Of a DNA stretch of 64,000 bases, positions 39,350 through 48,327 are shown piece after piece. Where the stretch lies: the NCBI GenBank assembly GCA_001792305.1, contig MGGH01000036.1:18599-82598 (forward strand), in the 5' to 3' direction. A program made the position numbers and the translations under genes. The notes under the pieces were generated by a model. It saw only the letters and a list, made by a program, of their open reading frames with translations. It searched no databases and was not told the DNA's origin. The stretch's first letter is position 1; every line of letters starts with the position of its first letter. The stretch comes from Candidatus Woesebacteria bacterium RIFCSPHIGHO2_01_FULL_39_23 (GTDB lineage Bacteria; Patescibacteriota; Microgenomatia; UBA8517).

Positions 39350-40690
39350 ATGGTCCAGATTAGAACTCGTTTTGCTCCTAGTCCGACAGGATTTTTGCAT
39401 ATTGGCGGACTTAGGACCGCTCTGTACTCATATGCCATAGCAAAGCACAGCAATGGCGATTTTATACTAAGAGTCGAAGATACTGACCAGAAAAGGATCG
39501 TTGAGGGAGCGACCTTAGCTTTACAGAATATTTTGAAAAGATTTGGATTAGTTTGGGATGAATTTTATATTCAGTCAGAAAGGCAGAAAAAAGGGTTTTA
39601 TAAAAGAGCCGCTGATAAATTAGTCCAGCAAGGGCATGCTTTTTACTGTCAATGTAAACCGAAGAACGCAAAAGAAGAGGGGTTTTCGAAACAACTTCGC
39701 GACAGCTGTCGAAATAAGAAGTTTACTTCAGGAGCAGTCAAGATCAAGGTTCCCGATAACGTGGCTGTCTCCTATTTCGACTTTGTTCACCAGAAAGAAA
39801 TTTTATGGAATACAAACGATGTCTATGATGCCACATTACTTAAATCAGACGGTTTTCCCACATATCACCTTGCCGTTGTCGTTGATGATCTTGATATGAA
39901 GATAACTCATATATTGCGGGGACATGATTGGTTACCTTCGACACCAATTCATTTGCTTATCTTTAGTTATCTTAGTAACCGTAGACCAGAAATTGGGCAC
40001 GCAACGGATATTCTCTCAGGCGAGACTGGAAAAAAACTTTCAAAAAGGCGAGATTCTGTCTTTGTTGAAGAGTTTCTAAAAGAAGGGTATTTGCCGGAAG
40101 CTCTTCTTAATTTTGTGATGTTGTTGGGTTGGGCGCCTAAGGATAATAGAGAAATTTTCAGTCTCGAAGAATTTGTAGAAGCTTTTGACATAAAAGGGTT
40201 TCAGGATGCAAACCCGAAGTTTTTTATTGAAAAACTCGATTGGATGAATGGAGAGTATATTAGAAAATCTAAAGTATCAAATCTCAAATCTCAAATCTTC
40301 GATTTTTTCGAAGGCGGGTATGATAAAGATTTGATCGGTAAAACATTGCCTCTGGTAAAAGAGCGGATCAAAAAACTTTCGGAGTTTGAAAGTTTAGCGG
40401 GATTTTTCTTTGAAAGACCAAAAGTTGATTTAAAACTTTTCAGTGGTGATTATAAAAAACATTTAAAAGTAGCGCTTGGTGTTCTGCAAGGTTTAAACAG
40501 TTTTGATTTGGAGTCTCTTAATCGAAAATTAATGGATTCAATAAAAGGAAATAAATTTAAGACGGGAGATTTCTTTATGGCTCTGCGGATTGCAATCACC
40601 GGAAGTCGTTTTACTCCGCCGATAAATGAATCGATTTTGGTTTTAGGCAGAGACGAAGTAGTAAAAAGAATTAAAAAAGTCTTGAAATAA
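39350..40690 (+). CDS. gltX: Glutamyl-tRNA synthetase
   Basis: HIGH motif APSPTGFLHIGG. KMSKS-like KLSKR. 446 aa. Confidence 0.9.
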   Translation: MVQIRTRFAPSPTGFLHIGGLRTALYSYAIAKHSNGDFILRVEDTDQKRIVEGATLALQNILKRFGLVWDEFYIQSERQKKGFYKRAADKLVQQGHAFYCQCKPKNAKEEGFSKQLRDSCRNKKFTSGAVKIKVPDNVAVSYFDFVHQKEILWNTNDVYDATLLKSDGFPTYHLAVVVDDLDMKITHILRGHDWLPSTPIHLLIFSYLSNRRPEIGHATDILSGETGKKLSKRRDSVFVEEFLKEGYLPEALLNFVMLLGWAPKDNREIFSLEEFVEAFDIKGFQDANPKFFIEKLDWMNGEYIRKSKVSNLKSQIFDFFEGGYDKDLIGKTLPLVKERIKKLSEFESLAGFFFERPKVDLKLFSGDYKKHLKVALGVLQGLNSFDLESLNRKLMDSIKGNKFKTGDFFMALRIAITGSRFTPPINESILVLGRDEVVKRIKKVLK

Positions 40691-40695
40691 TTTAT

Positions 40696-41646
40696 ATGAA
40701 AAAACCTGCCCAAAAATTAAATTTCGATGACGTAAGGAATCGTCTAAAGCTAAAGAATTTTTCCGAACAGGAAAAATTTGGAGGCAATTTCCCCCACGCA
40801 GTTAATTTTCTTAAAGAAAAGAATATCGAGCTTGGGAGGATTCGTGATCACTCAATAAAACTTATTGCAAGCGGATTGGTTACGGGATCGCTTTTGCTTA
40901 ATCCACCTCAGGGTTTGGATAAGTTATTACCACCACCCCAATCAGTAATAGAAGAGTTAAATCAAGCTAAGTTTTTAGGAAATAAATCAAGACAAAAAAG
41001 TTTGCTAGATTCTTTAAGCAGGATATTGCCATCGACGGTTGGGCCGCTAAATCGCGATCAAGAAAAGGTGCTTGAGAGGGTATTTATAGAAATAATAGGT
41101 GTCCCGGCCAGAGCAACACTTGAAGGTGAACATTTAAATACTACGTACGGATTTATCGGAGCGGAACAGCATTTAAAAAGATATCCCGGCGATACGTTAC
41201 CGGATCATTCACAAGATGTTGATGTACTTCGATCAGGAATTGCTCCAAGTCTTGGCGCATGGGGATACTTTGCAAGGTCTAAAACGCAATTGTCAGAGGA
41301 CTTGAAAGATACAGAAAAGTGGTATGCAGTGGTACAAACGCTTTACCTTCCAGAATGGAATAGAAGGGTAAGCTATCTTCGTGATTGGTACAAGTACAGA
41401 AAATTACTTATTGTAAACACTAAAAATGGGAATGCGGTAGTAGCGTCTGTTGCTGATTCAGGTCCAGCAGCCTGGACCGGCAAGCATTTTGGGGGAAGCC
41501 CAGAGGTTATGGAGTATTTAGGGGGCCCAAGGTATAAAAAGGGGCCGGTGGTTGTTTTTTTTGTAGACGATCCAGAGAACAAAGTTCCTTTGGGACCTGT
41601 CGAGTATAATCAGTATAGTACACTTATACAGTCGTACACTAGTTGA
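40696..41646 (+). CDS. Hypothetical protein with a possible RlpA-like double-psi beta-barrel C-terminal region
   Basis: LLIVNTKNGNAVVASVADSGP...GKHFGGSPEVMEYLG resembles RlpA/DPBB domains (VRVTNxxNGRSVVVRVNDRGP). Weak. Confidence 0.4.
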   Translation: MKKPAQKLNFDDVRNRLKLKNFSEQEKFGGNFPHAVNFLKEKNIELGRIRDHSIKLIASGLVTGSLLLNPPQGLDKLLPPPQSVIEELNQAKFLGNKSRQKSLLDSLSRILPSTVGPLNRDQEKVLERVFIEIIGVPARATLEGEHLNTTYGFIGAEQHLKRYPGDTLPDHSQDVDVLRSGIAPSLGAWGYFARSKTQLSEDLKDTEKWYAVVQTLYLPEWNRRVSYLRDWYKYRKLLIVNTKNGNAVVASVADSGPAAWTGKHFGGSPEVMEYLGGPRYKKGPVVVFFVDDPENKVPLGPVEYNQYSTLIQSYTS

Positions 41647-41708
41647 GGGGTATATGAGCAAAATTTTTTACAATCGCGTAGCTGAGTGCTACAAAATTTT
41701 GTGAAGTT

Positions 41709-42065
41709 ATGAGCAAAATTTTTTACGATGACCTAGTTGACTTGTCCAAGGTCGAAAAAAAAATTAACAAAGTAGCTCGAAGCGAGGAAGAAAAGCACGA
41801 GCTGTGGAAAACAGTTGACGAAATCGTTCACCACAGAGTTATGGGTTGTATTTTAAGTCGGCTTCCAAGAGAGCATCATGAAGATTTTTTAGACAAATTT
41901 CGTAGACGTCCGCACGACGAAGGTTTATTTGAATACCTCAAAGAAAAAATAAAAGATGATATAAAATTCTTTATCAAAGAAGAGGCTTTGAAACTTGGCT
42001 ATGAGCTTCTGGGCGAATTGAGTGTTGGTTTAATGAGAGAAGAACTGGACAAAAAGAAAGAATAG
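41709..42065 (+). CDS. Hypothetical 118-aa charged helical protein
   Basis: No family recognised. Preceded by a 16-codon uORF that duplicates its first six codons. Confidence 0.4.
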   Translation: MSKIFYDDLVDLSKVEKKINKVARSEEEKHELWKTVDEIVHHRVMGCILSRLPREHHEDFLDKFRRRPHDEGLFEYLKEKIKDDIKFFIKEEALKLGYELLGELSVGLMREELDKKKE

Positions 42066-42068
42066 TAT

Positions 42069-42100
42069 AACCTTAACTTCTTAAGGTTATTTTAAGCTTT
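42069..42100 (+). terminator. Putative intrinsic terminator after the 41709..42065 gene, followed by an extended -10 (TGcGTATAAT) for the two-component operon
   Basis: AACCTTAA-CTTC-TTAAGGTT hairpin, then a T-rich tract. GTATAAT at 42106-42112. Confidence 0.45.
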
Positions 42101-42119
42101 TTGCGTATAATATTTTGTA

Positions 42120-42791
42120 GTGCGAATACTTGTTATCGAAGATGAACATAAAATTGCGAACTCAATAAAAAGGGGGCTAGAATTAGAGTCGTTTGCAGTG
42201 GATGTCGCCTACAGTGGCATCGAAGGATATGACCTCGCCGCATCCGAAAGTTACGATGTAATAATTATTGACATAATGCTTCCTGGAATGGATGGTCGTG
42301 AAATTTGTAATAAGTTACGGCAAGAAAATAACCATGCTCCTATACTGATGCTTACCGCTCTTGGGTCTCTATCTGATAAGGTTAGTGGTCTAAATACTGG
42401 AGCAGATGATTACTTAGTTAAGCCTTTTGCCTTTGAAGAACTTTTAGCGCGAATCAAAGCTCTTTCTAGAAGACCAAGAAACGGTGGGCAAACAAAGTTG
42501 AAAATTAGAGATTTGGAATTAGATTCGGTGACTTATGAAGTTAAAAGAGGAAATAAAAACATTAATCTTACAAAAAAAGAATTCGTTTTGCTTGAGTATT
42601 TAATGAGAAATTCGGGGAAAACAGTTAATAAAGACAATATTATTGAACATGTGTGGAATTACGACGCGGACATTCTTCCAAACACAGTTGAAGTTTACAT
42701 ACGTTACCTAAGACAAAAAATTGACAAAGGTTATGTAGGCAGAGACAAACTGATTCACACTGTTCGTGGATTCGGCTACAAATTGGAATAG
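42120..42791 (+). CDS. OmpR-family response regulator (GTG start)
   Basis: Receiver domain (ILVIEDE, D54 region IIDIMLPGMDG, K at LVKPF). Winged-helix C-terminus RGFGYKL. Confidence 0.9.
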   Translation: MRILVIEDEHKIANSIKRGLELESFAVDVAYSGIEGYDLAASESYDVIIIDIMLPGMDGREICNKLRQENNHAPILMLTALGSLSDKVSGLNTGADDYLVKPFAFEELLARIKALSRRPRNGGQTKLKIRDLELDSVTYEVKRGNKNINLTKKEFVLLEYLMRNSGKTVNKDNIIEHVWNYDADILPNTVEVYIRYLRQKIDKGYVGRDKLIHTVRGFGYKLE

Positions 42792-42797
42792 CTATTT

Positions 42798-43820
42798 ATG
42801 CATATTTTTGACTCTACAAGGTTGAAATTAACCGCGTGGTATTTGCTAATTATTGCACTAATTAGTATTGGCTTTAGTGCAATAATTTACCAGGTTGTAA
42901 CAAATGAACTCGAAAGAGGATTTATGGTAGCTGAGTATAGAATTCGAGGAATGCCAATACCAAGGCAGCGAGTGCGGTTGCTTCTTGAGGATGAGCTAGT
43001 CTCCGCAAAACATTTAGTAGCCGCAAGGCTTGCCGTGGTCAATGGTTTTATATTAGTAGTGTCTGGGTTAGCAAGCTACTTTTTAGCAGGAAAGTCACTT
43101 CAGCCAATTAAAGTGGCGATGGATGAGCAGAAGCGTTTTGTAGCAGATGCTAGTCATGAGCTTAAAACCCCATTAACTTCGATGATGACGGAGATTGAGG
43201 TGGCGCTTCGAGATAAAAAGTTAAACTTGAGCGAGTCGAAAAAACTTCTGAAAAGTAATTTGCAGGAAGTAGAAAAGATGAAAGGGTTGGCTAACTATCT
43301 GCTTTCTCTCTCAAGATACAGAGCAAACGGAAAAGATGTAATTAAGGAAAGGGTTGATATGAAAGGGGTAGTGTCTGAAGCATTAGAAAAAAATATGGCT
43401 TTAGCTACCAAAAATGAAATTAAAATAACTAACGAGTTAGAAAGCGTAAATGTTTATGGAAACAAGCAAAGCTTGGTTGAACTTGTTTCGGTTTTAGTTA
43501 ACAACGCAATAAAGTATACTCCAAGGGATAAAAGCCTGCCTGTCAGCAGGGCAGGCATAAATATAAGTTTGAGAAAGGCAGGAAAGAATGCCGTGCTTGA
43601 TGTGAAAGATGAGGGAATAGGAATAGACGAAAAAGATATTCCCCACATTTTTGACAGGTTTTATCGAGCAGACTTATCCCGTCGTAAAGACGTTGTCGAC
43701 GGATATGGTTTGGGACTTTCTATCGCAAAGTCAATTGCAGAACTTCATCGGGGTACAATAAATGTTGTTAGTGCCCCCGGAAAAGGTAGTGTGTTTACAG
43801 TGATCATTCCGGCGTCTTAA
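42798..43820 (+). CDS. Sensor histidine kinase
   Basis: Two TM helices. H-box ADASHELKTPLTSM. N/G1/G2 boxes (NAIKYT, DEGIGI, GLGLSIAK). Confidence 0.85.
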   Translation: MHIFDSTRLKLTAWYLLIIALISIGFSAIIYQVVTNELERGFMVAEYRIRGMPIPRQRVRLLLEDELVSAKHLVAARLAVVNGFILVVSGLASYFLAGKSLQPIKVAMDEQKRFVADASHELKTPLTSMMTEIEVALRDKKLNLSESKKLLKSNLQEVEKMKGLANYLLSLSRYRANGKDVIKERVDMKGVVSEALEKNMALATKNEIKITNELESVNVYGNKQSLVELVSVLVNNAIKYTPRDKSLPVSRAGINISLRKAGKNAVLDVKDEGIGIDEKDIPHIFDRFYRADLSRRKDVVDGYGLGLSIAKSIAELHRGTINVVSAPGKGSVFTVIIPAS

Positions 43821-43897
43821 GCCTTTTCTCAGACTACTTCTATATATTTTATACAAAGGTTTGGGGGGCTTGCCCCTCGAAGCCTTGGCGAAGGGGG

Positions 43898-44374
43898 GTG
43901 AGAGGTGTGAGTAAAAAAATGCAGAAGATGATAGTACCAACAGTAGTTATGATGGCTCTTTTAGCCGTTGGAATTTATGGGGTAAGCCAGGTTTCAGCTG
44001 ATGACTTGTCGAGTTATCCTCCAATAGTGGAGCGATTGGCAGACAAATTCGGTTTGAATGTGGCGGACGTTGAGGAAGTCTTCATTCAAGAGCGTAGTGA
44101 ACATCATGAAATGATGAGACAAACTATTGAAGAGAGATTAAACCAAGCTGTAGCAGACGGTAAAATTACCGAAGAACAAAAGAACGCACTCTTGGCTAAA
44201 AGAGACGAAATGCAGGCAGAGCGGGAAGCGGAGAGAGAGGAACATCGCGCGAAGATGCAAAGGTGGTTTGAAGATCAGGGTATTGACCCAGAGGTTCTTG
44301 CACAATACGGGGGATTTGCCGGAGGTTTCAAGCGAGGTGTGCATATGGGATATATGACGGGTTCAAGTAATTAA
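43898..44374 (+). CDS. Hypothetical secreted protein (signal peptide, Glu/Arg-rich helical)
   Basis: N-terminal hydrophobic signal-like segment. Likely start at ATG 43919 after RBS GAGAGG. Confidence 0.4.
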   Translation: MRGVSKKMQKMIVPTVVMMALLAVGIYGVSQVSADDLSSYPPIVERLADKFGLNVADVEEVFIQERSEHHEMMRQTIEERLNQAVADGKITEEQKNALLAKRDEMQAEREAEREEHRAKMQRWFEDQGIDPEVLAQYGGFAGGFKRGVHMGYMTGSSN

Positions 44375-44432
44375 ACGTGATCCTGTCAAAGAGAGAAGCG
44401 CCTTTTTAAAAGTGTTTCTTTTTTGGCTTGAT

Positions 44433-45122
44433 TTAGGCTATTTTTGGTTTACGGCTTAAGACGATAAAATTCCAAATATCACTAGATATTTCTTTTCGAG
44501 ACCACTGCTGAAGTATTTTGTTAATCTGTTCTTCACCAAATGTTTCTTTTAGCACGTCAAGAGAAGTTTTACTTATTACAATTTGTCCACCTTCTTTCAA
44601 GACTCTATCGTATTCCGTAATAATGGACTCCAATTTGTCAGGATCTGCGTAAAAAATGGCTCCAAGGTTTTCAAAGACGATGTCAGCAGTCTTGTCACGA
44701 ACCGGTAATTTTAACGCGCTTGCTGTGATAAATTTAAATTCTACGTTAGGAAACGATCCCGGAAAAGACATTTTTGGTGGAATTATACGATTGTTTATTT
44801 CTTCATGGGCATAATCGCTGGCAATTATTAAAGGTTTATTCCCTTTCCTACTATTTCCGGATAGTTGATCATTTAAGTTTCTTGCAATAACCTCTTCGTA
44901 TTGCCCGATAGCAGAGCAGGTTCCTATTAAAGTAAAAGTTCTGTCGTTTAACGTAGCTACTTGGGGGATAACACCTTCGTCTTGAAGCAAATTGAAAAAA
45001 CTTTTATCAGGCATCATTTCAGCACGTTCCTCAGGTTTTTTGTCATACCCCCCTGCCCATTTCTTAGGTCCCGCGATTCGACCGCCCGAGCCCCCCTCAA
45101 TTAATCCGTTATCTGTGTTCAT
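44433..45122 (-). CDS. Hypothetical protein, possible SAM-methyltransferase-like fold
   Basis: ADIVFENLGAIFYADPDKLESIITEYDRVLKEGGQIVIS resembles methyltransferase motifs II/III. Motif I is degenerate. Confidence 0.35.
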   Translation of the reverse strand: MNTDNGLIEGGSGGRIAGPKKWAGGYDKKPEERAEMMPDKSFFNLLQDEGVIPQVATLNDRTFTLIGTCSAIGQYEEVIARNLNDQLSGNSRKGNKPLIIASDYAHEEINNRIIPPKMSFPGSFPNVEFKFITASALKLPVRDKTADIVFENLGAIFYADPDKLESIITEYDRVLKEGGQIVISKTSLDVLKETFGEEQINKILQQWSRKEISSDIWNFIVLSRKPKIA

Positions 45123-45232
45123 GTCCCTATTGTATATTATTATCAGACAGAAGGATTATAACTACAAACTTTTTAAGCTTTTTCTCAGCGTGGGTGTTTA
45201 GGATGTAATTTGTTTTAATAACAGTACTTAAG

Positions 45233-46291
45233 ATGTTTAGTAAAAGACGAGTAGCCATCGCCGCTTTTTTTGTTTTAACGGTAGGATTCGTGTACCTAAA
45301 TCTAAGTGGCAAAGCGCCTGGGATTCAGAATTTTGTTGAGCTTGGTGATCAGGAAAACTTAGGAGGACCTGGGAACGAGCCTCATCCGTTGTCAATTGAG
45401 GCACTTCGTGAGGGTGAATACCCCGGTAGCGATATCGCCATTGAACAGACACTCTCACCTGGGAGCAATTATCAAAGGTATATTGCTTCTTATAAATCAG
45501 AAGGTCTGAAAATTTACGGACTACTGACCGTGCCAAACGGCAGTCCTACGGCAGAATCGGGTTGGCCTGCAATTGTTTTTAATCACGGATATATTTCACC
45601 AAGCGTCTACAAAACGACCGAAAAGTACGTTATCTATCAGGATGCTTTTGCACGAGCAGGTTATGTGACATTTAAATCCGATTTTCGAGGCCATGGAAAC
45701 TCGGAAGGTACCGCCACTGGTGGCTACGGGACAAATGACTATACAATAGACGTTTTAAATGCGGTCTCGACAATTAAAAAATATTCCCAAGTTGATCCAA
45801 ACCGAATTGGAATGTGGGGACATTCGATGGGGGGGCACATAACGCTTGAGGCAATGGTGGTTGGTCGCGACATTAAAGCGGGTGTAATTTGGGCAGGGGT
45901 AACCGGTTCCTACAGTGACTTATTTGAACGGTGGAGAAGAAGTCCAATCCCCGGAAACACAAGCTTGACTCGCCAACGAGGTAGGTGGAGGCAAGAATTA
46001 TCAAGTAAGTATGGCACACCTGAGCAAAACCCAGATTTTTGGGAAGCCCTTTCTGCAACAAGTTATTTATCCGATATTTCAGGGCCATTACAGCTTCACC
46101 ATGGCGCAGCCGACTCCTCTGTGCCTATAGAGTTTTCCCAAAATCTAGAGTCACAATTAAAAGAAGCCGGGAAAGATGTGGAACTTTTTGTTTATAACGG
46201 TGATGATCATAACCTTTCAAAAAATTTATCCTTAGCGCTGACGAGATCAGTTGATTTTTTTGACAAACATCTTAAAGAAGGAGGTGAGTAA
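45233..46291 (+). CDS. Alpha/beta hydrolase (S9 prolyl oligopeptidase / dienelactone hydrolase-like), secreted or anchored
   Basis: Nucleophile elbow GMWGHSMGG. Downstream Asp and His (GDDHN). Confidence 0.75.
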   Translation: MFSKRRVAIAAFFVLTVGFVYLNLSGKAPGIQNFVELGDQENLGGPGNEPHPLSIEALREGEYPGSDIAIEQTLSPGSNYQRYIASYKSEGLKIYGLLTVPNGSPTAESGWPAIVFNHGYISPSVYKTTEKYVIYQDAFARAGYVTFKSDFRGHGNSEGTATGGYGTNDYTIDVLNAVSTIKKYSQVDPNRIGMWGHSMGGHITLEAMVVGRDIKAGVIWAGVTGSYSDLFERWRRSPIPGNTSLTRQRGRWRQELSSKYGTPEQNPDFWEALSATSYLSDISGPLQLHHGAADSSVPIEFSQNLESQLKEAGKDVELFVYNGDDHNLSKNLSLALTRSVDFFDKHLKEGGE

Positions 46292-46292
46292 G

Positions 46293-46880
46293 ATGGAAGA
46301 ATCTAACGAAGTTAGTGAGAAGGAAATTAAGAAAAGCATCAATCCAATATTTATTATTGGAGCAGTCTTAACCACGTTAGTGGCGTTGTTGGTTGTAGCA
46401 AATATAAGTTTACAGAAGACTGATGTTGCTTCCGTGGCAGGAGTAAAAGATGAAGCAAACGGGTTAAGTCAAGATTTGTCTGATAATGATTTAACTGTGA
46501 AAGTTGTGAATGTCGATGCGGGTAGTTTTTATTATAGCAGAACCCAAGAAAACCGTGAGCTCTCAGCTCACGAATGAATTGAATTCTGATATGTCATCCT
46601 CCTTTAGAGGAAACCCCGCTTTTCAAAGCGGGGAGGATGTCATAAACCAAATGAAATCAGGGTCAAAAAAGGCGAAAAAGTTAAAGTTGTTATGAAATCG
46701 GTTGATATGATGCATGATTTTGTAATCGATGAACTTGGTGTCCGCACAAGAATTGCACAAGCAGGAGAGATGGCAGAGGTAGAATTTGGTGTAAATAAAA
46801 CTGGAGAGCTCGAATTTTACTGTAGTATAGGCAACCATCGGGATATGGGTATGGTTGGCACGCTTATTATTGAAGAGTAG
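46293..46880 (+). pseudogene. Cupredoxin-like (pfam13473-type) membrane-anchored copper protein, interrupted
   Basis: TM N-terminus, then a beta-strand ...TVKVVNVDAGSFYYS, and after the insertion in the same frame KPNEIRVKKGEKVKVVMKSVDMMHDFVIDELG...EFYCSIGNHRDMGMVGTLIIEE (Cys/His/Met copper site). The reading frame is broken by stop codons at 46575, 46587 and 46608. Confidence 0.6.
46539..46643 (+). other. 105-nt in-frame insertion with nested hairpins inside the cupredoxin gene (MITE-like or RNA-structured element)
   Basis: Hairpin CGTGAGCT-CTC-AGCTCACG (46554-46572). Outer inverted repeat TATGTCATCCTCC (46590-46602) with GGAGGATGTCATA (46632-46644), enclosing CCCCGC-TTTTCAAA-GCGGGG. Flanked by imperfect direct repeats AACCCAAGAAAAC and AACCAAATGAAATC. 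Confidence 0.5.
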
Positions 46881-46894
46881 TTGTGTTGAATTTA

Positions 46895-47080
46895 TTGACA
46901 GGTTTTAACACCTTTTATATAATTGTCCCAATGTTTTGGCATTTTGGAATTACTAAAAACCAGTACAACCTCGCCGTCTGCGGGGCAATCTTTGCTGGTT
47001 TGAAGCAATTCGAAATCATAATCTAGCTAGAACAAACGATACTTTTTGCAAAACCAGCTAAAGAACGGCTGGTTTTTTTT
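46895..47080 (+). promoter_or_regulatory. Sigma70 consensus promoter, about 150-nt structured leader and intrinsic terminator upstream of the MFS transporter (candidate riboswitch/attenuator)
   Basis: TTGACA (46895-46900), 17 nt, TATAAT (46918-46923). Terminator AACCAGC-TAAAGAACG-GCTGGTT plus T8 (47052-47080), with RBS GGAG and the ATG 8-16 nt later. Terminator arms are duplicated upstream (AAAACCAG 46956-46963; GCTGGTTT 46994-47001), which allows mutually exclusive folds. Confidence 0.5.
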
Positions 47081-47095
47081 GTAGGAGTCAAAATT

Positions 47096-48298
47096 ATGGA
47101 TAGATTTATGAGTAAACTAAAAATGAACGTGAATAGCACGATTTCGCGCTACTACGCTTTTGTCTTTTTTAAAGACTTGGCGTTTTTCTCTGCCGTCTTA
47201 GTACCCTTTTTTACCGATTGGGGAGGAATTAATCTAACCCAAGTACAAATCTTACAATCATGGTTTATGTTTTGGATGTTTATCCTGGAAATTCCAACCG
47301 GAGCAGTGGCAGACTTCGTAGGAAGAAAACACTCGCTGGCACTTGGTGCTTTGGTCGTGGCAGTTGCAGCTTTGGTTTACGGAAGCCTGCCGAACTTTGG
47401 AGTTTTTTTATTGGGAGAATTTTTATTCGCCACTGCAATGGCTATGATGTCCGGGGCAGACGAGGCTCTTTTGTACGATTCTTTGAAGGAAGTGGGCAGG
47501 GAAGACGAGAGTAGAAAATTTTTTGGGAGAGCGAATTCTATACGTCTTACAGGCATGCTTTTGGCTGCACCTATCGGTTCGTTCATTGCTTCCAGAATAG
47601 GTTTGAATATGCCGATGGTTTTGTCAGCTATTCCATATTTATTAGCTAGCGTTATAGCCTGGAGCATTAGAGAACCCGGGATACGTGTCAAAAATTCTGA
47701 ATCCATAAGATATCTGATAATTGTGAGGGAAGGGATCAAGAGTCTTAAAGAGAACAAGAAACTGAAATTGTTAGCTATAGACGCAATAGTTGTTTCGTCT
47801 GCTGCAAATTTCATTATTTGGCTATACCAGCCTTTCTTAAAACTCGTCGGCATACCTATTTTATACTTCGGTGTTGTTCACGCCATGTTGGTTTTGTCTG
47901 AAATTATTGTTTCGAGTAACTTTGAAAGGTTAACTAAGATATTAAAAGGGGATAAGCAATACTTGAGATTTTCGGCAGCTGTTGTTGCTTTTTCATTTTT
48001 TTTAGTTGCCCTGTTTCCCAACGCCTTATCGGTTTTTGCTTTTGTGATAATTGGCGGAGGTGTTGGTTTAACAAGGCTTAATTTTATGTCGGCCATTATG
48101 AATAAATATATAGACTCGAAAAACCGGGCGACTATTCTATCTTCCATATCTATGTTCAGGAGATTTGCTCTGGTATTTTTAAACCCGATTATGGGTTTTA
48201 TTGCTGACAGATCTTTAGTGGTTGCATCATTTTCAGTGGGATTACTGGCACTCGGTATTTTTTTATTTTCCCCGCTTAGAAAAGAGGCTCTGGATTAA
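47096..48298 (+). CDS. MFS transporter
   Basis: 12 TM helices. MFS motif A-like GRKHSL in the loop between TM2 and TM3. Confidence 0.8.
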   Translation: MDRFMSKLKMNVNSTISRYYAFVFFKDLAFFSAVLVPFFTDWGGINLTQVQILQSWFMFWMFILEIPTGAVADFVGRKHSLALGALVVAVAALVYGSLPNFGVFLLGEFLFATAMAMMSGADEALLYDSLKEVGREDESRKFFGRANSIRLTGMLLAAPIGSFIASRIGLNMPMVLSAIPYLLASVIAWSIREPGIRVKNSESIRYLIIVREGIKSLKENKKLKLLAIDAIVVSSAANFIIWLYQPFLKLVGIPILYFGVVHAMLVLSEIIVSSNFERLTKILKGDKQYLRFSAAVVAFSFFLVALFPNALSVFAFVIIGGGVGLTRLNFMSAIMNKYIDSKNRATILSSISMFRRFALVFLNPIMGFIADRSLVVASFSVGLLALGIFLFSPLRKEALD

Positions 48299-48327
48299 GT
48301 ATACTTAGAGTATGGGAGTGACCATAT

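Noticed and set aside
46572-46655. Programmed translational bypass (GAA take-off to GAA landing) across the cupredoxin insertion
   Set aside because: Possible but less parsimonious. The conserved PNEI motif lies upstream of the landing codon and would be skipped, and flanking direct repeats favour an insertion event. Kept only as an alternative inside the main finding.
47377-47853. 158-aa minus-strand ORF
   Set aside because: Antisense to the 12-TM MFS transporter gene, which has consistent membrane-protein features on the plus strand.
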